Source: a virus (Duplodnaviria > Heunggongvirae > Uroviricota > Caudoviricetes). Taken from it: a stretch of DNA of 24,224 nucleotides. The DNA lies in the IMG/VR virus record IMGVR_UViG_2548876940_000013, positions 1 through 24,224 of that record; one strand, 5' to 3'. Below are positions 15,415 through 24,224 of this stretch, piece after piece (within the stretch, counting starts at the first letter, position 1; each line of letters starts with the position of its first letter). A program made the translations under genes and the position numbers. The notes beneath the pieces are model-generated. The model had not been told where the DNA came from and did no database searches. It saw only the letters and a list, made by a program, of their open reading frames with translations.

Positions 15415-16522
15415 AAATAATGTTTCAGTCCCGAACTTGTATCCGCTCTATAGCAGAAAAGTAAATAAAGTCTATTGGCGATATAAGCATCCAGTGACCG
15501 GGAAGTTTCATTCTTTGGGCACAAACGAAGCTGAAGCCATTGCCATTGCCACTGAGGCCAATACACGCCTGGCTGAGCAAAGAACCCGGCAGATTCTGGC
15601 TATCAGTGACAGGATCGCAACCAACAAAGGAAAAGCAATCACAACGTCAACCTGGTTAGATCGCTATCAAGCAATCCAGGATGACAGACTGAAAAGTGGC
15701 GATATAAAGCTCAACACCTATAAACAGAAAGCCAAACCAGTATCCTTGCTCAGGGAACGAGCAGGACTGAAGTTAATTTCAGCCGTTGATGTCAGGGATA
15801 TAGCCCAGTTGCTTGACGAGTATATCGCCGCCGGACAGCCGAGAATGGCGCAAGTAGTTCGCTCCGTCCTGATTGATGTTTTCAAAGAGGCACAGCACTA
15901 CGGAGAAGTACCTCCTGGCTATAACCCGGCATTAGCTACTAAACAGCCAAGAAGAAAAATTACACGACAGCGGCTAAGTCTTGAAGAATGGCAAAAAATC
16001 TTTGATATCGCAGATGCCAGTCATCGCTACATGGGAAATGCCATGCTGCTAGCATTGGTTACTGGTCAGCGGTTAGGTGATATTTCACGTATGAAATTTA
16101 GCGATATTTGGGATGATCATCTTCACGTCATCCAGGAAAAAACCGGGAGCAAAATCGCCATCCCGCTTTCTCTTCGTCTCAACGCGATTAACTGGAGTTT
16201 ACGCGATGTAGTCGCCCGCTGCCGTGACTATGCAGTCAGCCCATACCTTGTACATTTTTTCCGTACTACTTCACAAGCTGAACGTGGCGCGCAGGTTAAA
16301 TCCAATACATTGACCATGAATTTCAGTAAAGCGAGGGATTTAGCAGGAATTGACTGGGGTGATGGCTCACCCGCAACATTCCATGAACAAAGGTCTTTAT
16401 CTGAACGTCTGTACAAAGAACAGGGGTTAGACACACAAAAACTGCTTGGTCATAAAACGCAACAACAAACCGATCGTTATCATGACGATCGCGGCAAAGG
16501 ATGGAGCAAAGTAGCGTTGTGA
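15395..16522 (+). CDS. int: Lambda-family tyrosine integrase
   Basis: 375 aa collinear with lambda Int: arm-binding N-terminus (NLYPLYSRKVNKVYWRY), ALVTGQRLGDISRMKFSDI, KTGSKIAIPLS, and the C-terminal HEQRSLSERLY...LLGHK...YHDDRG with the catalytic Tyr region. Confidence 0.95.
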   Translation: MAARPRKNNVSVPNLYPLYSRKVNKVYWRYKHPVTGKFHSLGTNEAEAIAIATEANTRLAEQRTRQILAISDRIATNKGKAITTSTWLDRYQAIQDDRLKSGDIKLNTYKQKAKPVSLLRERAGLKLISAVDVRDIAQLLDEYIAAGQPRMAQVVRSVLIDVFKEAQHYGEVPPGYNPALATKQPRRKITRQRLSLEEWQKIFDIADASHRYMGNAMLLALVTGQRLGDISRMKFSDIWDDHLHVIQEKTGSKIAIPLSLRLNAINWSLRDVVARCRDYAVSPYLVHFFRTTSQAERGAQVKSNTLTMNFSKARDLAGIDWGDGSPATFHEQRSLSERLYKEQGLDTQKLLGHKTQQQTDRYHDDRGKGWSKVAL

Positions 16523-16699
16523 AATTTTAAACGTCTCAACGCCACCTTGATTTTCTCACCACACATGAAAAAGAACCAAACAGCCCGCTTTGAGCGACAA
16601 GCGGAAATTAACATATCTGTTAAAGTGGCCAAATTTAGCTATCCACTACAGTCAGAATGTAGCATACAACATTCATTTTTTTGATAATGTCGCAATTTA

Positions 16700-16735
16700 G
16701 GATTGGAAAAGAGGCTTATCTGTATAAACCTCTTC
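16700..16735 (-). terminator. Candidate terminator downstream of the TIR gene
   Basis: Short stem (aagagg / cctctt) just after the stop of the 16745-19213 gene, followed on the - strand by a moderately T-rich run. Confidence 0.25.
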
Positions 16736-16744
16736 CTATATTAA

Positions 16745-19213
16745 CTATGATTTAGGTAAGTACTGTTTTAGTTTGTCAATAAATTGATCGATCTCTGCAG
16801 AAGTGAGTTCTGTTAGCTCACGTTTGCATATACCTACTGCCTCATCAAATCTCGAAGTTAAAGTTAACCAAATAGCTTTAAACCTTATAAAACTGCCGTA
16901 TGTTTGAGATTTAGGTGAATCAGTTTTTTCAAGAATTCCAATAGCATACTCTAATTTATCAATTCTTTTATATTGTATAGCTAGGTCACAGAGCGTTAAA
17001 ACAGGATATTTTATATCAGGAAAGTCCATGATCCCATTTTCAATTAGGGTAAATGATTCATCAACTTTATTATCAAACCTAGCAAGTGCCTTAGCTTTGG
17101 CGGAGCAATAAATTTCCTGTGCGCGTTGGGCTTGATTCGATTTTAGTCGTTCAAGTATATCCTCTACTAAACCTGGTTCAATATGTGAATCATCCTTGTA
17201 AAAAAGGCAGTTTAAATAATTATTAGCATTTATTGGATTATTTTTCTGCCTTTCATAAACTTCCTTCGCCAATCCCAAAGCAAGTTCGTGCTCATCATTC
17301 TGTAAATACAACAATACCAGTTCACTTTTTGAACGGTGGTCATTAGGTCTTTGCCTTAAAACTCGCTTATAGCTCTCAATTGCCCGAGAACGTTGGCGTG
17401 TTATTCTAAAATAAAAACCATGCAGGAATGAACTTTCTGGTTCAGGAACATCTCGTACCGCATTAAAAAACTCTCGATCATGCAGTCTTGCTAGAGACTG
17501 GCATTTCATAAATAATATGTGTTCTATAACATTTGAATGCATATATTGAGCATTTGAAAGAATCTGATCAGCTAATCTCACAGCTTCTTTATAGTTCGCA
17601 GATCCACCTTTTTCGTATAATGATCTTATTGTTTTTACAAAATATGAAGGAACTAACACTCGACTATCTATATCTTTACCGGTTTTTATAGCCTCCTGAA
17701 TGGAGAAAATATATTCCGAAATATCCCTATTGTTGTCTGTATATTCTTCAATGAACTTCTTAATATGCTTACTCAAAACATCATCATATTCACTGGTGGT
17801 TCCAAACTTACTTCTTGATATGTAATCCTGTATTACTTGGTTTACCCTGATATAATCATTATTCACACCTAATTGATCACATACAGACATATTGATGAAG
17901 TTTTGCGTAATTGGATAAAACTCCACTTCATCTACTAATGAAAAAAGGAACTCATAGCTAATGAATTCAAATTTTGAAAGGAAATATAAAAAATCTAACT
18001 TACGCTGATCATGGGAAAAACTTTCAACTATTACTTTTGCCTTATCATCAGCATATTCTCTTATTAAATGTGAATCTTTTTTCACTGAATAAAGGTTCGT
18101 ATCCGATATACTATCCACGGCAAAAAGAACTTGCTCTGGATAACCCGAAAGTAGGTCTGAGAAAAAACGCAGATCTTCAGGGCATAAATCTAAACCTTTA
18201 TATGTTGCATATCTTTTCAAAAGCCCTCGTCTTTCTTGAGTATTCAATTCAGGAATTTCTTCAAAGTAATACTCTGGATTTCTATAAGAAAATGTTTTAT
18301 TACCTCTAAACTTAGATGCTATACAGAAAGTCAAGTGACCATAATGTTTAATATGATCTGTAATCCTTACAAACCAACTTACAATTGTACTATCAGGTTG
18401 AACTATAGCTCCTTTATCTTCAATTAGGATTCGTTCTTTTTCTTCTATAATTCCTTCTATAAGCTTTACCGCAATATTAACTTTATCACTTATTGAAGTG
18501 GTCATTAAATCATGAATTTTACCAATATCGCATAAGCCAAGATCATTTATTTTTAAGATAAAGTCTTCTATACTATCTGAAGACTCGATTTGTATTATAG
18601 GAAATTCATAAGACTCTCTTATAGCATTAGATTTTATAAGAGCGTTCTTCATAAAAGATTTACGGCCAATTGAATCCAAACCTGAAGCAATAAAAACTAC
18701 AGGAGGAGATTTATCAAAGTCATCAAAACGTTGCTCAACGTTAGTCGTTTTCTCATTTCTACCCACAAATATTTTTTGTCTTTCTTTCAATGCAGGATGG
18801 GTTTTAAATGCAATCTCTCGTAGTCGAGCATTAATTTTTCTAATTGCAACGTTAGGCTTCCGAATTGGCTGAATATTAAAACCTTCCTTCATCCAGGATG
18901 GGACCCTTGGATCTGTAAAAGTTATTTTGTCATCTATTATAATTGGATAAATACGTTGCAGATGACCATCCTCTACTTTTTTCTTTGCTAAGCGCATTTC
19001 CTCTTTAACCCAATCAGACTCTAATGCAGAATCAGAAAGAAATAAAACAAAAAGAGATGTATCATCTAGCCCCTTTAATATTTCCTCTGATGGGGACATG
19101 CCTTTTTCAAAAGTCTGCTCATCGAAAATTCTAGTTTCTTTGCGAAGCCCTGAAGCAACAACTCGTACATAGTCCTTGTCTTTTGAACTATGTGAAAGAA
19201 AACATTTTATCAT
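16745..19213 (-). CDS. TIR-domain protein with a central NTPase-like region and C-terminal TPR-like repeats (STAND/NLR-like antiviral candidate)
   Basis: N-terminal TIR motifs (CFLSHSSKDKDYV; LFVLFLSDSALESDWVKEE with a candidate catalytic Glu). Middle region with a degenerate P-loop (FIASGLDSIGRKS) and a Walker-B-like ERILIED about 75 aa later. C-terminal roughly 300 aa of helical TPR-like repeats. Visibly AT-rich; sits between int and the icd-derived arm. Confidence 0.8.
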   Translation of the reverse strand: MIKCFLSHSSKDKDYVRVVASGLRKETRIFDEQTFEKGMSPSEEILKGLDDTSLFVLFLSDSALESDWVKEEMRLAKKKVEDGHLQRIYPIIIDDKITFTDPRVPSWMKEGFNIQPIRKPNVAIRKINARLREIAFKTHPALKERQKIFVGRNEKTTNVEQRFDDFDKSPPVVFIASGLDSIGRKSFMKNALIKSNAIRESYEFPIIQIESSDSIEDFILKINDLGLCDIGKIHDLMTTSISDKVNIAVKLIEGIIEEKERILIEDKGAIVQPDSTIVSWFVRITDHIKHYGHLTFCIASKFRGNKTFSYRNPEYYFEEIPELNTQERRGLLKRYATYKGLDLCPEDLRFFSDLLSGYPEQVLFAVDSISDTNLYSVKKDSHLIREYADDKAKVIVESFSHDQRKLDFLYFLSKFEFISYEFLFSLVDEVEFYPITQNFINMSVCDQLGVNNDYIRVNQVIQDYISRSKFGTTSEYDDVLSKHIKKFIEEYTDNNRDISEYIFSIQEAIKTGKDIDSRVLVPSYFVKTIRSLYEKGGSANYKEAVRLADQILSNAQYMHSNVIEHILFMKCQSLARLHDREFFNAVRDVPEPESSFLHGFYFRITRQRSRAIESYKRVLRQRPNDHRSKSELVLLYLQNDEHELALGLAKEVYERQKNNPINANNYLNCLFYKDDSHIEPGLVEDILERLKSNQAQRAQEIYCSAKAKALARFDNKVDESFTLIENGIMDFPDIKYPVLTLCDLAIQYKRIDKLEYAIGILEKTDSPKSQTYGSFIRFKAIWLTLTSRFDEAVGICKRELTELTSAEIDQFIDKLKQYLPKS

Positions 19214-19747
19214 TTGAAGTCCTTTTTTTTCATTTTAGGGAGCAAATGCCATATTTGTACTTTACATCTTTCGAGAGCAGGCGAAAAGCTGTGTAACTTT
19301 CCCATATAATTCTGACACTTATAGTAAAAAATGTTTGTGAATATTGATCTTTATCACATATTCCCTGTTTCTTTGTTACTCACTTACTGCGAGCTTGTAT
19401 CTCGACGTATGGTTTTAGATTCTCATTTAGTTGCTAAAAATAGACTGAAGCAACTGTAACTTAGAGTGCGTACAGTCAAGAATCCCCGCTGGCGGGCAAC
19501 AACTTTTGACAACTCACTCCCATCACCAACTGACGGACCGGTTCCCGGTTGATTAACACATTGTGATGTCAGCAATCTCCGCTCACAGCACAAAGCAGCC
19601 AACTACAACGCCGTAAGGCAATTTTGAGCGAGGAGCGGAAGCTGGCAATAGAACTACCATCTGACCGACCAACCTACCCCGAACTACCAGGGGGTTTTGA
19701 TAACTTATTTTGATAAAATTTTGATAACCGTTAGCAGGCTAACAAAA

Positions 19748-19780
19748 AACAACGGGCGTGTTATACGCCCGTTATAATAT
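19748..19780 (-). terminator. Rho-independent terminator of the icd 3-prime arm
   Basis: Stem aacgggcg / cgcccgtt with a 7-nt loop, followed on the - strand by gttttttgtt, beginning about 17 nt after the icd-fragment stop. Confidence 0.6.
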
Positions 19781-19796
19781 TTAACACATGTGGTAA

Positions 19797-19958
19797 TTAC
19801 ATATTTTCGATGATCGCGTCACCAAACTCTGAACATTTCAGCAGCTTAGCGCCTTCCATCAGACGTTCGAAGTCATAGGTTACGGTCTTCGCGTTGATTG
19901 CGCCTTCCATACCTTTAACAATCAGGTCTGCGGCTTCAGTCCAGCCCATATGGCGCAG
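19797..19958 (-). pseudogene. icd: Orphan 3-prime fragment of isocitrate dehydrogenase (icd): phage-borne attachment-site arm, as in phage 21/e14
   Basis: - strand translation [53 protein letters not shown] matches the Icd C-terminus as recalled. An in-frame stop lies immediately upstream (19980-19982) and no upstream frame encodes Icd. Confidence 0.8.
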
Positions 19959-19979
19959 CAGCATTAATATATGCCTCAT

Positions 19980-20405
19980 TCATAAAATGTAAAAGAGCAA
20001 GCTCGTACCAGTAGGGGGAAAATTCATTGACATGTCCTGTCAATACGTACAGAGCCCTGCCATGCTTGCCAGCACGTAACAATTCCGCCCCCAGTAACCA
20101 GCGTGTCCCCTGATTATTCTCAGGGTTATATGTTAGTATTTTATCAATGAGTATAACGGCATCCTGATGACGCTGTAAATGAACATTCGCCAGAATTGCA
20201 GCATAAAGAGCGCAAATGCATATGCCAGATGAGCGTGAATATCAATGATGTCAGGAGCATGTCTGGCAAGACGCCTGAGTTTGTTGACGTAATTTGTTTC
20301 GTTTATTTCATCACTATCGTATGCGTCAAGAGTTTTTTCAAATTCATCCCGAAATGGGCCAAGCCTGGTTTCAGGAAATAAGAAATACCCCTGGTTATTG
20401 TTCAC
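19980..20405 (-). pseudogene. Decayed ORF of unknown origin
   Basis: A 90-aa ORF (GTG start) and the following segments read protein-like in one - strand frame, interrupted by three stops before running into the icd fragment. Confidence 0.3.
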
Positions 20406-21113
20406 TTAAAAGTATAATTTGTAATTCAAATCCTGAGTCTGTAAAGCGGGGAGTAACATATTCTATTCTGAAGATAATAAAAGTCGTGATGCGATGTATC
20501 AAGCCCGGATTGTAATCCCAGATTAACATAGATCACAAAACAACTTATTCTTCACTAACGTCAAGATAAATATCGTTGTATGCCTTATCACGACTACGAA
20601 TACCAGCAAGATACAACTGACATACGGAAAGATACCACGTTTTTTACTCCCGAAAATAACGCTAAAAAGCTACTTCCCCATCGTTTGTCCTTAGTATTGT
20701 CAGCGCCAACAATGTGGGCTGACATGATAAAGCTGTCTAGGAAATTGTTCGCCTCCTCAGCGGACAATCCAAATGGTGATTGTCTCTGTTAAACGTTTAT
20801 TTTGAAGGTCACTGAATAAGGTGATGACGCTGTAGAATTTTTCACGTGCCACAGAATTTTGAACGCTTTCTCTTACAATATTTCAATGTTTCTATCAGTA
20901 TTCGCCGGAAGAAGTCATCGACCAAATCATCCCAGTCGTCTCGCACCACTGACCATTCATGGTTGACATGTGGTGGAAATCCGCTTCTACAGTAACCATT
21001 TTTTATTCGCAAAACCGAACACGCCATACGGATAGCTGTTAACTGGCATGCCGAGGCAGTCGTTATTTATATTTAGTTTTGTCAATAATCTTTATTTTTT
21101 GTAAAAGGCAAAT

Positions 21114-21132
21114 ATAAATTATTCTCATTATT
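21114..21132 (+). promoter_or_regulatory. Candidate Fur box upstream of the TonB-dependent receptor gene
   Basis: ataaattattctcattatt matches the 19-bp Fur consensus gataatgataatcattatc at 12 of 19 positions, best in the right half. About 50-70 bp upstream of the ATG. Confidence 0.3.
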
Positions 21133-21183
21133 GTTTGTATTTGTGTATTGTCTTGCCGGTTAACATGATCGGAGATTAGTAAT

Positions 21184-23274
21184 ATGCGAATAACCACTCT
21201 GGCTTCCGTAGTCATTCCCTGTCTCGGATTTTCAGCCAGCAGCATAGCTGCTGCAGAGGATGTGATGATTGTCTCGGCATCCGGCTATGAGAAAAAGCTG
21301 ACTAACGCAGCCGCCAGTGTTTCTGTGATTAGCCAGGAGGAATTGCAGTCCAGCCAGTACCACGATCTGGCGGAGGCTCTGAGATCAGTAGAGGGTGTGG
21401 ATGTTGAAAGTGGTACGGGTAAAACCGGAGGGCTGGAAATCAGCATCCGAGGAATGCCAGCCAGTTACACGCTGATACTGATTGATGGTGTTCGTCAGGG
21501 CGGAAGCAGTGACGTGACTCCCAACGGTTTTTCTGCCATGAATACCGGGTTCATGCCCCCTCTGGCCGCCATTGAGCGTATTGAGGTTATCAGAGGGCCG
21601 ATGTCCACACTGTATGGCTCTGATGCGATGGGCGGTGTGGTGAATATCATTACCAGAAAGAATGCAGACAAATGGCTCTCTTCCGTCAATGCAGGGCTGA
21701 ATCTGCAGGAAAGCAACAAATGGGGTAACAGCAGCCAGTTTAATTTCTGGAGCAGTGGTCCCCTTGTGGATGATTCTGTCAGCCTGCAGGTACGCGGTAG
21801 CACACAACAGCGTCAGGGTTCATCGGTCACATCACTGAGCGATACAGCAGCCACGCGTATTCCTTATCCCACGGAGTCACAGAATTATAATCTTGGTGCA
21901 CGTCTTGACTGGAAGGCGTCGGAGCAGGATGTGCTCTGGTTTGATATGGATACCACCCGGCAGCGTTATGATAACCGGGATGGGCAACTGGGGAGTCTGA
22001 CGGGGGGATATGACCGGACCCTGCGCTATGAGCGAAACAAAATTTCAGCTGGCTATGATCATACTTTCACCTTCGGAACATGGAAATCGTATCTGAACTG
22101 GAACGAGACAGAAAATAAAGGTCGTGAGCTTGTACGCAGTGTACTGAAGCGCGACAAATGGGGGCTTGCCGGTCAGCCGCGGGAGCTTAAGGAATCGAAC
22201 CTTATCCTGAATTCATTACTGCTTACCCCTCTGGGAGAATCTCATCTGGTTACGGTGGGGGGCGAGTTTCAGAGCTCGTCCATGAAAGACGGAGTTGTCC
22301 TTGCCAGCACAGGTGAAACTTTCCGGCAGAAAAGCTGGTCGGTATTTGCTGAGGATGAGTGGCATCTCACGGATGCACTTGCGCTGACTGCGGGCAGCCG
22401 CTATGAACATCATGAGCAATTCGGGGGACACTTCAGTCCGCGTGCATATCTGGTCTGGGATGTGGCAGATGCCTGGACGCTGAAAGGCGGTGTGACCACG
22501 GGATATAAGGCACCCAGAATGGGGCAGCTACATAAAGGGATTAGTGGTGTGTCCGGGCAGGGAAAAACAAATCTACTTGGTAACCCCGACCTGAAGCCGG
22601 AAGAGAGCGTCAGTTATGAGGCTGGGGTGTATTACGATAACCCCGCCGGTCTGAATGCCAATGTCACAGGTTTTATGACTGACTTCTCCAACAAGATTGT
22701 CTCTTATTCCATAAATGATAACACCAATAGCTATGTAAACAGCGGAAAGGCCCGGTTGCACGGTGTGGAATTTGCCGGCACATTGCCGCTGTGGTCAGAG
22801 GATGTCACGCTGTCACTGAATTACACCTGGACCCGAAGTGAACAACGTGATGGTGATAACAAAGGTGCGCCGCTGAGTTATACCCCTGAACACATGGTGA
22901 ATGCGAAACTGAACTGGCAGATCACCGAAGAGGTGGCATCATGGCTGGGTGCCCGTTATCGCGGGAAAACACCACGTTTCACCCAGAATTATTCGTCACT
23001 GAGCGCTGTACAGAAGAAAGTGTATGATGAGAAAGGAGAATACCTGAAAGCCTGGACGGTGGTGGATGCAGGTCTGTCGTGGAAGATGACGGATGCCCTG
23101 ACGCTGAATGCTGCGGTGAATAACCTGCTCAACAAGGATTACAGTGACGTGAGCCTGTACAGTGCCGGTAAGAGTACGCTGTATGCCGGTGATTACTTCC
23201 AGACGGGATCATCAACAACAGGATATGTGATACCTGAGCGAAATTACTGGATGTCGCTGAACTATCAGTTCTGA
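21184..23274 (+). CDS. iha: TonB-dependent outer-membrane siderophore receptor, Iha/IrgA-like
   Basis: 696 aa. Signal peptide, TonB-box-like EDVMIVSAS, plug and beta-barrel, C-terminal ...NYQF ending in Phe. SD ggag 9 nt upstream. Length and N-terminus match Iha as recalled; the symbol is tentative. Confidence 0.85.
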   Translation: MRITTLASVVIPCLGFSASSIAAAEDVMIVSASGYEKKLTNAAASVSVISQEELQSSQYHDLAEALRSVEGVDVESGTGKTGGLEISIRGMPASYTLILIDGVRQGGSSDVTPNGFSAMNTGFMPPLAAIERIEVIRGPMSTLYGSDAMGGVVNIITRKNADKWLSSVNAGLNLQESNKWGNSSQFNFWSSGPLVDDSVSLQVRGSTQQRQGSSVTSLSDTAATRIPYPTESQNYNLGARLDWKASEQDVLWFDMDTTRQRYDNRDGQLGSLTGGYDRTLRYERNKISAGYDHTFTFGTWKSYLNWNETENKGRELVRSVLKRDKWGLAGQPRELKESNLILNSLLLTPLGESHLVTVGGEFQSSSMKDGVVLASTGETFRQKSWSVFAEDEWHLTDALALTAGSRYEHHEQFGGHFSPRAYLVWDVADAWTLKGGVTTGYKAPRMGQLHKGISGVSGQGKTNLLGNPDLKPEESVSYEAGVYYDNPAGLNANVTGFMTDFSNKIVSYSINDNTNSYVNSGKARLHGVEFAGTLPLWSEDVTLSLNYTWTRSEQRDGDNKGAPLSYTPEHMVNAKLNWQITEEVASWLGARYRGKTPRFTQNYSSLSAVQKKVYDEKGEYLKAWTVVDAGLSWKMTDALTLNAAVNNLLNKDYSDVSLYSAGKSTLYAGDYFQTGSSTTGYVIPERNYWMSLNYQF

Positions 23275-23302
23275 TAATAACAAAACGCTATCACTGACGG
23301 TA

Positions 23303-23341
23303 GAATACGTTGCCACTGCAACTCCTGGCGGAACAGTGGCA
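23303..23341 (+). other. 12-bp stem hairpin downstream of the receptor gene
   Basis: acgttgccactg-caactcctggcggaa-cagtggcaacgt. No strong U-tract. Confidence 0.3.
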
Positions 23342-23491
23342 ACGTATTAGGTTAAGTGCATTTCCGATCCGCTAATGAGATTTCGTTACCAACAACTAAT
23401 ATCGTCACAGGAAATGCACGGATTATTTTTAACTTATCATTTACATACTTGTCCAGAGTGTAAGCGCACCGTGAAGGACGTGGGGTAAAAA

Positions 23492-23745
23492 TTAGTTTAC
23501 AGAGAGAGTGACGTTCCAGGGCAACAACTCTTTCATGCGGTTGGCAGGCCAGGTGTTGATTACACTGATCACGTGGCGTAGCCACGTTTCCGGCTCGATT
23601 CCGTTAAGTTTTGCAGCTACCGATCAGGCTGTACATCACTGCCGCACTATCGCTCGTCATCTCAAAGTCCGGTCTCGTCAGCAGGAAGGTATCATTCTCT
23701 CCCGCCATTTTTCCAGGGGCCCGGTCAGATAAGTCCCTTTGTCTA
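23492..23745 (-). pseudogene. Frameshifted C-terminal remnant of a transposase (IS66-family-like, tentative)
   Basis: Two adjacent - strand frames read ...DTFLLTRPDFEMTSDSAAVMYSLIGSCKT and NGIEPETWLRHVISVINTWPANRMKELLPWNV, joined only by a frameshift. The LLPWN-type C-terminus recalls IS66 transposases. Confidence 0.35.
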
Positions 23746-24224
23746 TCGCTGACTCCTGACTCATAACCCGGTTAGCAGAATGCAGGGTCACCACCTCGCC
23801 ACGACCGAATCCGAATAAGTCAATTGTACCTTCTCAATCGCCATTTTGTCACAATTAAGTTTGATAAAGCAGGTCACCTCTGCACTGAATCTGCTCCAGT
23901 GCCTCATTGGTTTCCGTCCCCCCCTTTAAACTGCCGGATAAGACTGCTGCACAGCGCCTTCCCCGGAATCAAATCACTTTCCCTGTCCGCCACAATCCGC
24001 TTCATGCCACCTCGTATTTTGTTTCAGAGACCGAAATCTGCCAGAAAGTGACTACGCGTGCACATATCGGTTTTCTGGGTTACATGCATCGTGTTATTTT
24101 CTGAAATGCAAAATAATAAAAAACAAGGACACATAATGAAGGATGAAATACACAGTACCAGCATCAACCGTAAGCGTACAGCGAGGGCCGTATTGACGGG
24201 GATGTGTTATTCAGCTGGCAGTGC

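Larger units (their letters stand above)
1..19980. mobile_element. Lambdoid prophage, partial (left boundary outside window), ending at an icd-derived attachment arm
   Basis: Contiguous phage modules in canonical order: HNH, lysis cassette, Q, RusA/nin-like, replication with iterons, cro/cI, xis-int, att arm. Late and early-right genes are on the - strand, early-left and int on the + strand. Confidence 0.8.

Noticed and set aside
16523-16744. A tRNA gene or attachment core immediately after int
   Set aside because: I found no tRNA-like cloverleaf or T-loop motif. The att signature is the icd fragment about 3.3 kb further on, with the TIR gene as intervening cargo.
17974-18427. + strand ORFs 17974-18309 and 18236-18427 inside the TIR gene
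   Set aside because: They are AT-rich antisense artefacts with Asn/Lys/Phe-rich translations, inside a strongly supported 822-aa gene.
19797-21050. A full-length icd gene on the - strand
   Set aside because: Only the last roughly 50 codons match Icd. An in-frame stop lies at 19980-19982 and none of the three upstream frames gives Icd-like sequence.
24136-24224. Partial + strand ORF at the window edge (begins MKDEIHSTSINRKRTARAVL)
   Set aside because: It is truncated by the window end after about 29 codons, which is too short to classify. It may belong to the adjacent IS remnant.

Overview
The window reads as most of a lambdoid prophage of the enterobacterial (E. coli-like) type, running from the packaging-proximal end to the integrase end, followed by flanking island DNA. 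Order on the + strand: HNH endonuclease (-), lysis cassette holin / R-type endolysin / Rz / Rz1 (-), antiterminator Q (-), nin-like region with DUF968-like, KilA-N-like and RusA proteins (-), LexA-DBD-only and PerC-like proteins (-), a replication initiator with embedded 15-bp iterons (-), a cro/YdaS-like HTH gene (-) divergent from a CI-like S24-peptidase repressor (+), early-left genes resembling YfdP/YfdQ/YfdR (+), xis and a lambda-family tyrosine integrase (+), then an orphan 3-prime fragment of isocitrate dehydrogenase (icd) with its terminator, the attachment-site arm typical of phage 21/e14-like elements. Beyond that lie decayed ORFs, an Iha/IrgA-like TonB-dependent receptor and a transposase remnant. 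Four classical moron slots each hold AT-rich cargo I cannot place in a known family: (1) a two-gene cassette of a 340-aa soluble protein plus a 194-aa four-helix membrane protein between Q and the lysis genes; (2) a protein with TerB-like repeats and a C-terminal BRCT domain in the rex position next to the repressor; (3) an 822-aa TIR / NTPase-like / TPR protein between int and the att arm; (4) two unknown genes between the lysis cassette and the HNH gene. Items 1-3 are the best candidates for undescribed anti-phage or exclusion functions. All family assignments are from reading translations by eye and recalled motifs; no database search was run.
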